Below, piece by piece: positions 8,826 to 17,296 of a stretch of 41,206 bases of DNA. Source of the stretch: Thermoproteota archaeon. Its GTDB lineage: Archaea; Thermoproteota; Thermoprotei_A; Sulfolobales; Pyrodictiaceae. How positions within the stretch are numbered: the first letter of the stretch is position 1; each line of letters opens with the position of its first letter. A program made the translations under genes and the position numbers. The DNA is taken from the NCBI GenBank assembly GCA_013153105.1, contig JAADFC010000023.1:1-41206 (forward strand). Reading direction: 5' to 3'. The notes below the pieces were generated by a model. It was not told the origin of the DNA and did not search any database. It saw nothing but the letters and a program-made list of their open reading frames with translations.

Positions 8826-8909
8826 GGCCTAGCGCCCCGCGCGTACCTGCGGCCGAAACTGTGCGTGTAAGCCCGGGAGTCCACCGAAAGTTTCGAAAGG
8901 GGTAGCGCT

Positions 8910-9785
8910 ATGTCGCAGCTAAACGGTCACGCATTCACGGTCGCAGTGAGAGCCTACGTAGAACTCGTTAGGCTCCACAATGTTGCTGCCACCGTATTGA
9001 CAACGTTCATAGGCTACTTTGTAGCAGCGGGGGCAGTGGCGGTAACTTCGAGCGCTGCTCTGGCGGCAGCCGCGGCTGCTCTAGTCGCAGCGGCGGGCTA
9101 CGTGATAAACGACTACTACGACGTTGACACCGACTCTATAGTGAAACCGTGGAGGCCAATACCCTCAGGCAGGGTCAAGCCCCCCGCGGCCCGCCGGCTA
9201 GCCTACATACTCTTCCTCCTGGGCCTGGTTGCGGCTGTCCCACTGGGCGCGCTGGTGCTTGCATTTGTGGCGGTTAACGCCGTGTTAGTCCACGAGTATT
9301 CCCGCTGGATAAAGAGGAGCGGGTTCCCGGGCAACCTCGTGGTGGCATTAAACTCTGCAGCTACAATCCTCCTCGGCGGCCTCGTGTACCCCGGCAGCCA
9401 GTACCCCCGCCTAACGCTGGTGCCGGCGGCGATAGCGTTCCTGCTCGTGCTCGCAAGGGAGATTATCAAGGGGATAGAAGACTACCGCGGCGACCTGGAG
9501 GCGTGCTACCTCACACTACCCGTCGTCGCTGGTCAGCGGCGGGCTGCTCTGGCGGCCGCACTACTGCTCCTAGCAGTTGTGGCCGTCAGTGTGCTCCCCC
9601 TGCAGGCGGGCTTCGGCGCCGGCTACATGGCGCTAGCATCTATAGTCGACGCCTTGGCTCTCTACTCAGCGTACAAGCTGCTGTCAAGCCGGGAGGGGCT
9701 CGAGAAGGTTGCCGCCAGGCTGAGGAGCCTGCTCAAAGCAGCATTCTTCCTCGGAGGCCTGGCGTTCATAGCGGGCCTCGCATAG
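8910..9785 (+). CDS. UbiA-family prenyltransferase, probable digeranylgeranylglyceryl phosphate synthase
   Basis: Multi-pass hydrophobic protein with YVINDYYDVDTD (NxxxDxxxD) and a second motif REIIKGIEDYRGD. Confidence 0.8.
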   Translation: MSQLNGHAFTVAVRAYVELVRLHNVAATVLTTFIGYFVAAGAVAVTSSAALAAAAAALVAAAGYVINDYYDVDTDSIVKPWRPIPSGRVKPPAARRLAYILFLLGLVAAVPLGALVLAFVAVNAVLVHEYSRWIKRSGFPGNLVVALNSAATILLGGLVYPGSQYPRLTLVPAAIAFLLVLAREIIKGIEDYRGDLEACYLTLPVVAGQRRAALAAALLLLAVVAVSVLPLQAGFGAGYMALASIVDALALYSAYKLLSSREGLEKVAARLRSLLKAAFFLGGLAFIAGLA

Positions 9786-9847
9786 GGCTCGGCGAGGTCG
9801 GTACTCGTCACAGCCCCACACCTGGGGCTCGGGCTAGGGTAGCCTCC

Positions 9848-10486
9848 TCACAGCCCCTCCTGCGGGTCAGCGCTGCAGAGCGCCAACAGGGACGCGGCGG
9901 CCCGGCGCATGCGCTCCAGCTTAGCCTTGCCGAGGGACAGGTATGTGTTAAGCATCTCAACCAGCTGGGGGGTTACGGGTGTGAACGCCTGGCCCTGGAA
10001 CATAATTGGTATATCAACCCTCTCTGTAGACGCTACATGGACCAGGTAGAATCCGGTGGCGGTAGGGCGTAGACCGGAATACTTGAACCCAACCCGCTGG
10101 AACGCCTCGACAGCAGCAAGGGCCAGCTCGATGCCACACACCAGGACATTGAGCATTGGCGGCTGAACACTCAGCCACACGAATCGCATACCGCTAACCT
10201 TTGAGAGTGCGTCGCTAATCTCCCCGGGCTCAACCCTCCTGTGCCAGGAGGCCACAACACCCCCGCCGCGCTTGTCGCCGGGCTCCGGAGCTGCTATCAG
10301 CGCTATCCTACCACTACAGCTGCTTGTCGTGACGATGCGGCTGCACGTGTTCAGGGAAACTAGTATGTCGGCTATGTCGGGGTCGACCCTGCCATTCTCA
10401 AGGTCTCCCTTGAGCCTCTCCAGATGCCTGCTCCTTACCTCCAACCACTCGCGGCTACAGCTAGTCGGCGGGCTTGCTGCATGCAT
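9848..10486 (-). CDS. taw3: tRNA wybutosine-synthesizing protein 3 homolog (Taw3/TYW3 methyltransferase)
   Basis: Signature VTTSSCSGRIALI. 212 aa, ATG start. Confidence 0.75.
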   Translation of the reverse strand: MHAASPPTSCSREWLEVRSRHLERLKGDLENGRVDPDIADILVSLNTCSRIVTTSSCSGRIALIAAPEPGDKRGGGVVASWHRRVEPGEISDALSKVSGMRFVWLSVQPPMLNVLVCGIELALAAVEAFQRVGFKYSGLRPTATGFYLVHVASTERVDIPIMFQGQAFTPVTPQLVEMLNTYLSLGKAKLERMRRAAASLLALCSADPQEGL

Positions 10487-11177
10487 AGAGAGCCCCCAAC
10501 CAAGCAGCCAGCCTCGGGTACTTCGAAGCAGAGGCTAGACTATAGCCTATAACCACGGAGTCGCCCATCCCCGAGTAGCTGTAGATAATGTCCCTGCCGC
10601 CCAGCTGCAGCACCGGCGTCAGGAGCCTAGACCGGGGCCCAACAAGGTCAAACGTCTCCTCGACACAGCCCTCGAGACCCGGCTTGCCCACAGCCCCCGC
10701 GGGGTGCAGAGGGTTCCTCCCTCTCAGCCTGCCGCAGACGCCTCCCCTAGGCTCTACCTCCAAGGCGTCGGAGTCGGGGCCAAGAACGGCGACGCCGTTA
10801 ACGCCCTCGCGGCCAACCACCTCGAAGAACTCGTGCAGGCCTACACGCTTGAGCTTGAACCCGAGCGCAGCCAGGCCCGCCCGCAGCTCCCCGCAATCAC
10901 CGTGGAACACGCAGTCACCGCCGAGCAGCCTGCCCTGCCCCCAAGCAGGCTCGGCTAGAACCGCATCCTCGCCGCAGCCGGGGCTGCAGACTATACTCCC
11001 AACGCCTATAGTCAGATCCACGCTGAGGCCGCGCCGCTCCACCCTGGCCGAGAAGGGGGAGTCGATTATCGCGCACCTGCAGCCCGCGTGGCCCATGAGC
11101 CACTGGCCCAGCAGCTCGGGTTCCCGGAGCACATCCTCTATGAGAAGCACAGCGCTGCCCGCGTCGAAGTAGGGCAC
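10461..11177 (-). CDS. Hypothetical Cys-rich protein
   Basis: 238-aa ORF whose stop overlaps the taw3 start by 26 nt. It has several Cys pairs (GCRC, CSPGC, DCVFHGDC). I recognise no family. Confidence 0.5.
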   Translation of the reverse strand: MPYFDAGSAVLLIEDVLREPELLGQWLMGHAGCRCAIIDSPFSARVERRGLSVDLTIGVGSIVCSPGCGEDAVLAEPAWGQGRLLGGDCVFHGDCGELRAGLAALGFKLKRVGLHEFFEVVGREGVNGVAVLGPDSDALEVEPRGGVCGRLRGRNPLHPAGAVGKPGLEGCVEETFDLVGPRSRLLTPVLQLGGRDIIYSYSGMGDSVVIGYSLASASKYPRLAAWLGALYACSKPAD

Positions 11178-11407
11178 CAGGCGCCACCTCGGCAGCCTGG
11201 TTACACTTCATAGCCAGCGGCTCAAACCTTACACTGCTCCTCATCGGCCAGCAAAGCGGGCCCAGCAGCCCCCTAATAACCGTATAACCCCAACCGCCCC
11301 CATGAGCCGCCGGGGGAAGCCCCCTGCGGAGGAAACGGTGGCTAAAGAGAAGAGAATTCCTAGCGTACTACATGCTCTGGAGAAGCTTCGGTAGAAGCTG
11401 CTTTAAC

Positions 11408-11722
11408 ATGGGCGAAGCTGTAGACTTGCTCAGCCCGGTCATGGGCGGTAAAAGGCTTGCACAGAGAATGGTGCGTATGCTAGTACGCCACGGGCTTCTA
11501 GAGAGATGCAAGCCCCTAACATACAGGGCCGTGGACCTCCAAGAGTACCTGGACCGGGAGGCGGCCGAGTACATAGCGTCAAGGCTCCGTCGGCAGGGGC
11601 GCGAGGCCACCCTGGAGGGGCGCATTCTACGCGTTGAAGGCGCCTGCAACGACGAGCTGAAAAGGCTCGCAGAGAACCTAGGATATACGGTTTACTGCTC
11701 CTCTTCTCCCTCATCCTCGTAG
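11408..11722 (+). CDS. Hypothetical small protein, possibly winged-helix-like
   Basis: 104 aa from ATG 11408 (KRLAQRMVRMLVRHGLLER). Its 3' end overlaps the convergent ORF by 31 nt. Confidence 0.4.
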   Translation: MGEAVDLLSPVMGGKRLAQRMVRMLVRHGLLERCKPLTYRAVDLQEYLDREAAEYIASRLRRQGREATLEGRILRVEGACNDELKRLAENLGYTVYCSSSPSSS

Positions 11723-12042
11723 ATCTCTATGACTATGCGAGCCTTGACTCGGTCCCTGGTGAACGGCGGCGGGGTCTCGCCAAGGTCAACGGCGACAATG
11801 ACTGGGTTGCCCATGCTGTCCCTGAACCTCACCTCGGCCACATACCGCTTCTTGGGCCCCTGCTCGAGCGCCTTCACCATAGCCTCGTAGATCCGGCTCA
11901 AGGCCATCTGCAGGGCTACTGGGCTTGAGAAGTCTTCGGGCCGCAGCGCTATAGCCTGCAGCCCCTGCATGACCTCCCCAACACGGGCCTCGCCCTCGAA
12001 TATCGCTAGCCGCTTCTGCTCCCCGCTCATCTCTCGGGACAC
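11692..12042 (-). CDS. Hypothetical protein with an acidic C-terminus
   Basis: 116 aa with coding-like composition (RYVAEVRFRDSMGNPVIVAVDLGE..IVIEIYEDEGEEEQ). Divergent from nop5. Confidence 0.55.
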   Translation of the reverse strand: MSREMSGEQKRLAIFEGEARVGEVMQGLQAIALRPEDFSSPVALQMALSRIYEAMVKALEQGPKKRYVAEVRFRDSMGNPVIVAVDLGETPPPFTRDRVKARIVIEIYEDEGEEEQ

Positions 12043-12175
12043 CCCTCTGGACGCTGCTCGGTGGACTGTCTCCTACACCAGTCCGCGTCGTCTCGGCCTT
12101 GAAATACTTATTAATAGTGTCCCGGGGACGCTTCCCCGAGACGGGTATGCTCGCTGCATGGAGGCTATGAGAGCG

Positions 12176-13453
12176 ATGAAGGTGTACATAGTAGACCATT
12201 TCACCGGCAGCTACGCTCTCAACGAGAAGAAGGACCTAGTAGACTTCGAGCACGGGCCTAAGAACCTGGACGACATGGTCGAGGAGGCGCTGAAGATAGA
12301 GCGTGGGGAAGCCAGTGCGGCCTACCTGAGACTGCTCGACAAGCTAAAGGAGCGCGGTGTCCGCGAGGTGGTTGTAGAGACCACTGAGATGGCTAAGATA
12401 GCTTCCGCCTCGGGCTTCGAGGTCAGCGTCGAGCCTGCCAACGAGATAGCCCGATACTTCAGGGAGATGGCTGAGCAGATAGCTGTTGACACGGGGTTTG
12501 TAAAATCCCAGGAGGAGTTTGCTCAGCTGCTACACGAGTTCACCATAGAGTTGACCAGGCGTAAGCTGAGGCGCGCCGCGCAGAAGCGCGACCTGCTGGC
12601 CGCGCAGGCGATAAGAGCCATAGACGATATAGACAAGACCACGAACCTCTTCGCTGCGCGTATACGCGAGTGGTACAGCCTCCACTTCCCCGAGCTTGAC
12701 GACCTGGTGCGCGAGCACGAGGACTATGTACGTATAGTGGCCGAGCTGGGCCACAGGGACAACATGACCGTGGAGAACCTGGTCAAGCTGGGCTTCAGCG
12801 AGGAGAAGGCAAAGAAGATAGCGGAAGCGGCGGCCAAGAGCATGGGCGCCGACTACCCCGAGTTCGACATAGAGCCTATACAGAGGCTCGCAAGGATAAC
12901 CCTCGACCTGTACAAGCTAAGGCGCGACCTGGCAGAGTACATAACGCAGGTAATGAAGGAGGTGGCACCCAACATAACCGCCCTAGTGGGCCCGCTGCTC
13001 GGCGCCAGGCTCATCAGCCTGGCTGGCAGCCTCGAGGAGCTCGCCTTCCTACCCGCCAGCACTATCCAGGTCCTGGGTGCCGAGAAGGCGCTGTTCCGCG
13101 CCCTCCGCACAGGCGGCAAGCCGCCCAAGCATGGCGTAATATTCCAGTACCCCGACATCCACCGCAGCCCCCGCTGGCAGCGTGGTAAGATAGCTCGTGC
13201 GCTTGCTGCAAAGCTGGCTATAGCAGCTAAGGTGGACTACTTCACGGGTAGGTTCATAGGCGACAAGCTGAAGGAGGCGCTGCGCAGGCGCATAGAAGAG
13301 ATAAAGAGAATCTATCAGAAGCCGCCGAAGCGTAAGAAGGAGATAAAGCCTGCAAAGCCCGCCAAGGCTCCCGCGAGGGCCAGGGCTAAACCGAGGCCCG
13401 CCAAGCGTAGGAAGGGTAAGGGCGGCGGGAAGAAGGGAGGCCGCAGGCGCTAG
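12176..13453 (+). CDS. nop5: C/D box sRNP core protein Nop5 (Nop56/58)
   Basis: MKVYIVDH.., LFAARIREWYSLHFPEL, GAEKALFRALRTGGKPPKHGVIFQ and a Lys/Arg-rich tail. Alternative in-frame ATGs occur at 12158 and 12167. The longer ORF from 11969 overlaps the opposite-strand gene and is rejected. Confidence 0.9.
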   Translation: MKVYIVDHFTGSYALNEKKDLVDFEHGPKNLDDMVEEALKIERGEASAAYLRLLDKLKERGVREVVVETTEMAKIASASGFEVSVEPANEIARYFREMAEQIAVDTGFVKSQEEFAQLLHEFTIELTRRKLRRAAQKRDLLAAQAIRAIDDIDKTTNLFAARIREWYSLHFPELDDLVREHEDYVRIVAELGHRDNMTVENLVKLGFSEEKAKKIAEAAAKSMGADYPEFDIEPIQRLARITLDLYKLRRDLAEYITQVMKEVAPNITALVGPLLGARLISLAGSLEELAFLPASTIQVLGAEKALFRALRTGGKPPKHGVIFQYPDIHRSPRWQRGKIARALAAKLAIAAKVDYFTGRFIGDKLKEALRRRIEEIKRIYQKPPKRKKEIKPAKPAKAPARARAKPRPAKRRKGKGGGKKGGRRR

Positions 13454-13502
13454 GCCGCATCCAGGCCCGAGTCTAGAAACGGAGGCTGGGAGGTGAGCTT
13501 CT

Positions 13503-14219
13503 GTGTCCGAGGTTGTCCGCATCTACGAGCATGACACGTACAAGAAGGTCTATGTGGTTGAGCTCGATGACGGCTCCACGAGGCTCGCAACACTGAATCT
13601 GGCGCCAGGCCGCAGGGTCTACGGCGAGAGGCTCTTCCGCTGGGAGGATAAGGAGTATAGGGAGTGGAACCCCTACCGTAGCAAGCTGGCTGCCGCTCTG
13701 CTGAAGGGGTTGGAGGAGCTGCCGATAAAGGAGGGCGACAAGATACTCTACCTGGGCGCCGCTACGGGCACGACGCCAAGCCACGTCTCCGACATAGTGG
13801 GCCCCAGTGGGAGGGTCTACGCGCTCGATGTGGCGCCCCGTGTTATGCGCGAGCTCATAGCGGTCTGTGAGACGAGGCCCAACATGTACCCGCTTCTCGC
13901 CGACGCCAGGAAGCCCTACGAGTACAGGCATATAGTCGAGCTTGTTGACGGCCTCTATGCGGATGTCGCACAGCCAGACCAGGCTACTATAGTAGCGGAT
14001 AACGCGGACTTCTTCCTCAAGAAGGGCGGCTACCTGTTGATGGCTATAAAGGCGCGTAGCATAGACGTTACCAAGGAGCCTAGCGAGGTGTTCAAGCAGC
14101 AGATAGACGAGCTGAAGCGGCGCGGCTTCGAGATAATAGACATGGTCCACCTTGAGCCCTTCGACAAGGATCACGCCATGGTCTATGCGCGCTATCGTGG
14201 CAGGCCCCAGGAGTCCTAG
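13503..14219 (+). CDS. flpA: Fibrillarin-like rRNA/tRNA 2'-O-methyltransferase
   Basis: ILYLGAATGTTPSHVSDIVG, VYALDVAPRVMREL, ADVAQPDQ. GTG start 50 nt after nop5. Confidence 0.92.
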   Translation: MSEVVRIYEHDTYKKVYVVELDDGSTRLATLNLAPGRRVYGERLFRWEDKEYREWNPYRSKLAAALLKGLEELPIKEGDKILYLGAATGTTPSHVSDIVGPSGRVYALDVAPRVMRELIAVCETRPNMYPLLADARKPYEYRHIVELVDGLYADVAQPDQATIVADNADFFLKKGGYLLMAIKARSIDVTKEPSEVFKQQIDELKRRGFEIIDMVHLEPFDKDHAMVYARYRGRPQES

Positions 14220-14242
14220 GGGTGGCTCTCGGGCTCGGCCAA

Positions 14243-14250
14243 GTTTTTAA
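14243..14250 (+). promoter_or_regulatory. GTTTTTAA: T-run terminator for flpA and/or TATA-like box for the next gene
   Basis: TTTTT at 14244-14248 lies 25 nt after the flpA stop. If it acts as a TATA box, the downstream start would be ATG 14301 rather than 14250. Confidence 0.4.
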
Positions 14251-14300
14251 TGCTGCTCATGGCCTGCAAGGTATGCCGCAGCCCCACCGGCTGGGGAGCC

Positions 14301-14738
14301 ATGGGTGAGCAGCTGGGTAGGATACACCGGATTCTCGTGACCCGCGTATACCGCGACAAGACTCTCCTCGACGAGCTTAGGCCCGTCGAGTTCCCGGCAC
14401 TTGAGCGGTTATACCGCGAGGAGAGGCCCTGCGTGAGACTCGCCGGCGGCGGCTGCCATGCGTTGCGCAGGGAGGACCTGGAGCGGCTGTGGGAGGCTCT
14501 GCCCTGGTACCTACGGGGGTTCACGAGGCTGCCTTGGCTCCTTGTGTACCGTCGTGTTGGCAGTGTTCAGGTGTACGAGCTGGCGGGGCCCCCGGATGCC
14601 TGGGCGCCGAGGGTTCTAGGTTTCCTCCTCCGGGGAAGCGTGGGTTACCGCGTGGAGAAGCTGAACTACAGTGATGTGCGGGTCCTACTGGAGAGGTACC
14701 CCAGCCTCGTTATCGTGAGTATGCGTGTTAGCCTATAG
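14301..14738 (+). CDS. UPF0216/DUF61-like archaeal protein
   Basis: The pattern KTLLDELR..ERPCVRLAGGGCHALRREDLERL..LRGFTRLPW resembles the DUF61 family as I remember it. An alternative start is ATG 14250. Confidence 0.5.
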   Translation: MGEQLGRIHRILVTRVYRDKTLLDELRPVEFPALERLYREERPCVRLAGGGCHALRREDLERLWEALPWYLRGFTRLPWLLVYRRVGSVQVYELAGPPDAWAPRVLGFLLRGSVGYRVEKLNYSDVRVLLERYPSLVIVSMRVSL

Positions 14739-14828
14739 GCTTATACCCGGGCTGCTGTTCTCAATCCCCAATCTGGGATTAGAAAGCAGTGGCCTGCCAG
14801 TGGCGCCAGGGACGCGGGGTGACGGGGT

Positions 14829-15761
14829 ATGACCGGCTGGGAGAGGGTTGAAGAGCTAGCGGCGAGGGCTGAGAATATACTAAGGAGCCACGGCTACATG
14901 GTCGAGCGTATAGGCTACCCCTCGGAGCATGACAGAAGGAGCATCGACCTCATAGCAGTCAAGAAGGGTCACGGGATATTCATAAAGGTGGCCGAGGACG
15001 CTGAGGACGTGAGCCAGGCGGATGTGCGCGAGCTGCAGAGCTGCAGCCGTGTGCTCCGGGCCTCTGGTCTTATTGTGGCCGAGCGGGAGGCCGGTGAGGA
15101 GATAGACGATATAGTGGCTCATGAGCGTATGGGGGTCTACGTGGTCAGCCCCGGCGGGCTTGAGGCGGCGCTGCAGCGCTCCATCTATGTCGTCAAGAGG
15201 CAGCGCAGCTACTATATGATGGTGGATGGTGCCAGGCTGCATGAGCTGAGGGTTAGCCGCGGCTACAGCCTGGGGGACGTCGCGTCCAGGCTTAGCGTGA
15301 GCCGGAGGAGCGTGTACCAGTACGAGCAGGAGGAGAGCATGGTATCCCTGCCGGTTGCGCTAAGGCTCATGGAGCTCTTCGGCGAGGAGATATTCAAGCC
15401 TATCGACGTCATGGCGCAGAGATTTGAGCCTCCGCGCGGCCAGGGGAGGACCAAGCTGGGCAAGCTCCTATCAGAGGCAGGTATGAGCGTAGCCGAGACG
15501 AGGCACATACCCCCCAACGCGGTCGCCTCCAGCGGTGATGTAAGGCTAATAGTGATAGTTGAGCGTCGGCGGGGCGATGATGTGGAGAGGAGGCTTGAGG
15601 AGGGCGGCAGGGTGGCGAGCAAGCTGGAGGCGCATGTGATACTCGTGGGCCGCGAGGCGAGCCGCGGGCTTGCAGAGCGCTACGACGCGGTCTACGCGGC
15701 GTCTGTGGAGGAGGCGGCTGCTATAGCGAGGAGGCTGGCGAGGGGCGAGGAGACCCCATAA
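14829..15761 (+). CDS. Putative HTH-type transcriptional regulator (nuclease-like N-domain plus Cro/C1 HTH)
   Basis: HTH segment YSLGDVASRLSVSRRSVYQYEQEE. The N-terminal segment HGYMVERIG..SIDLIAVKKGHGIFIKVAED resembles an Hjc/endonuclease fold. Confidence 0.75.
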   Translation: MTGWERVEELAARAENILRSHGYMVERIGYPSEHDRRSIDLIAVKKGHGIFIKVAEDAEDVSQADVRELQSCSRVLRASGLIVAEREAGEEIDDIVAHERMGVYVVSPGGLEAALQRSIYVVKRQRSYYMMVDGARLHELRVSRGYSLGDVASRLSVSRRSVYQYEQEESMVSLPVALRLMELFGEEIFKPIDVMAQRFEPPRGQGRTKLGKLLSEAGMSVAETRHIPPNAVASSGDVRLIVIVERRRGDDVERRLEEGGRVASKLEAHVILVGREASRGLAERYDAVYAASVEEAAAIARRLARGEETP

Positions 15762-15766
15762 ATTAA
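15758..15766 (+). promoter_or_regulatory. TATA-like ATAAATTAA upstream of aspS
   Basis: AT-rich 9-mer overlapping the stop codon of the upstream gene. It argues for an aspS start at TTG 15811 or GTG 15832. Confidence 0.4.
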
Positions 15767-15777
15767 CCTCCCCGGCG

Positions 15778-17136
15778 GTGCTGCGGCCCTCTCCACCATG
15801 GGGCGGGGTCTTGATAAGGCTGCGTGAAAGGGTGCCGGTGGCGTTTCTCCTCCGCGAAGGCGAGCCTGGTAGGGAGTACACGGTCGCCGGCTGGGTCGAC
15901 ACCGTCCGCAGCCTCGGCGGTGTGGTTTTCATAGTCCTCCGCGACAGGAGCGGCCTGATGCAGCTGGTGGTTAAGCGTAACGTATCCAGGGAGGCGTGGA
16001 AGACGGCTAGGAAGCTCTCGCCTGAGAGTGTGATAGCCGCGCGGGGGGTGCTCTCAGAGAGCCAGGCGGCGCTCGGCGGCCGGGAGCTTGTTGTTGAGGA
16101 GCTTGTCGTCTACTCTAAGGCTGAGCCCTTGCCCATAGAGCCCCGGGACTATGAGAAGACCACGCTGGCCAAGAGGCTTGACTGGAGGTTCCTAGACCTC
16201 CGCAGCCCGCGGAACCTCACAATATTCCTGGTCGAAGCCGAGATGGCGTGGGCTGCAAGGGAGTGGTTCCGCGAGCACGGGTTTGTGGAGATATTCACCT
16301 CTAAGATAGTCGGCGCCGCCACCGAGGGTGGTGCCGAGGTTTTCAGCATAGTGTACTTCGATAAGCCGGCCTTCCTGGCGCAGTCGCCGCAGCTGTACAA
16401 GCAGATGGGCGTGATAGCCGGGTTCGAGAGGGTGTTCGAGATAGGCCCCGCGTTCCGAGCAGAGCCTCACCACACTACCAGGCACCTGACCGAGTATACA
16501 AGCGTCGACCTAGAGATGGGCTTCATAGACGGCTACGAGGATGTGATGGATGCGGTCGAGGGTGTGGTGCGGAGCATGGTAGAGGCTGCGGTGAAGGCTT
16601 ATCGCGACAGGATAGAGGAGTACTTCCCGAACGCTGTAACCAAGCTCCCCAAGGATATACCAAGGATAACCATACGTGAGGCGTACAAGCTGTTGGAAAG
16701 TGAAGGCGTGAAGGTCGAGTGGGGCGAGGACCTCTCAACCGAGGCTGAGAGGAAGCTCGGCGAGATAGTGGAGAGAGAGTACGGCTCCCCCCTCGTCTTC
16801 GTAACCGAGTACCCCTGGAGGGCCAGGCCCTTCTACACAATGAGGAAGCCCGACGAGCCCGAGTGGACGCTCAGCTTCGACCTCCTCTACCGTGGCCTGG
16901 AGATAGCCACGGGCGGCCAGCGCGAGCACCGCTACGAGGTGCTGCGCCGCCAGATAGAGGAGAAGGGCTTGAACCCCAGGAACTTCGAATGGTACCTCAA
17001 CATGTTCCGCTTCGGCGCACCGCCCCACGGCGGCGCCGGCATAGGCCTGGAGAGGGTTGTCATGCAGACGCTCGGCCTGCCCAACATACGCGAGGCAAGG
17101 CTGCTCCCACGGGACCCCGAGAGGCTAACCCCCTAG
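15778..17136 (+). CDS. aspS: Aspartate--tRNA ligase (archaeal type)
   Basis: Class II motifs FRAEPHHTTRHLTEYTSVDLEM and GGAGIGLERVVMQTLGL, plus OB-fold YTVAGWVDTVRSLGG. The start is non-ATG and uncertain (15778, 15811 or 15832). Confidence 0.9.
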   Translation: MLRPSPPWGGVLIRLRERVPVAFLLREGEPGREYTVAGWVDTVRSLGGVVFIVLRDRSGLMQLVVKRNVSREAWKTARKLSPESVIAARGVLSESQAALGGRELVVEELVVYSKAEPLPIEPRDYEKTTLAKRLDWRFLDLRSPRNLTIFLVEAEMAWAAREWFREHGFVEIFTSKIVGAATEGGAEVFSIVYFDKPAFLAQSPQLYKQMGVIAGFERVFEIGPAFRAEPHHTTRHLTEYTSVDLEMGFIDGYEDVMDAVEGVVRSMVEAAVKAYRDRIEEYFPNAVTKLPKDIPRITIREAYKLLESEGVKVEWGEDLSTEAERKLGEIVEREYGSPLVFVTEYPWRARPFYTMRKPDEPEWTLSFDLLYRGLEIATGGQREHRYEVLRRQIEEKGLNPRNFEWYLNMFRFGAPPHGGAGIGLERVVMQTLGLPNIREARLLPRDPERLTP

Positions 17137-17173
17137 AAGCGGCGGGCGGCTCAGCCCCCAGCGCCTCCACACA

Positions 17174-17197
17174 CCCCCGCCCGGTGAAGGGCGGGGG
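17174..17197 (+). other. Perfect 9-bp GC hairpin downstream of aspS
   Basis: CCCCCGCCC-GGTGAA-GGGCGGGGG, followed by TT. Function is unknown; it could be a transcript 3' end or a stability element. Confidence 0.35.
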
Positions 17198-17263
17198 TTC
17201 AGCGTCGTCTAGCCTCCTCACAGCCGCCCCGTCTACGGGTGCGGCGTTGGAGTGAGACTAGGG

Positions 17264-17271
17264 TTATTAAT
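17264..17271 (+). promoter_or_regulatory. TATA-like TTATTAAT upstream of the first radical SAM gene
   Basis: Lies about 26-33 nt upstream of ATG 17297, consistent with a leaderless transcript. Confidence 0.45.
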
Positions 17272-17296
17272 CATAAGAGAGCAGCCTGGGACGCCA

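Noticed and set aside
14787-14804. The CAGTGG repeats as origin recognition boxes (ORB/mini-ORB).
   Set aside because: There is no adjacent orc1/cdc6 gene, no AT-rich unwinding element and no extended ORB consensus. Their position just upstream of a regulator gene fits an operator better.
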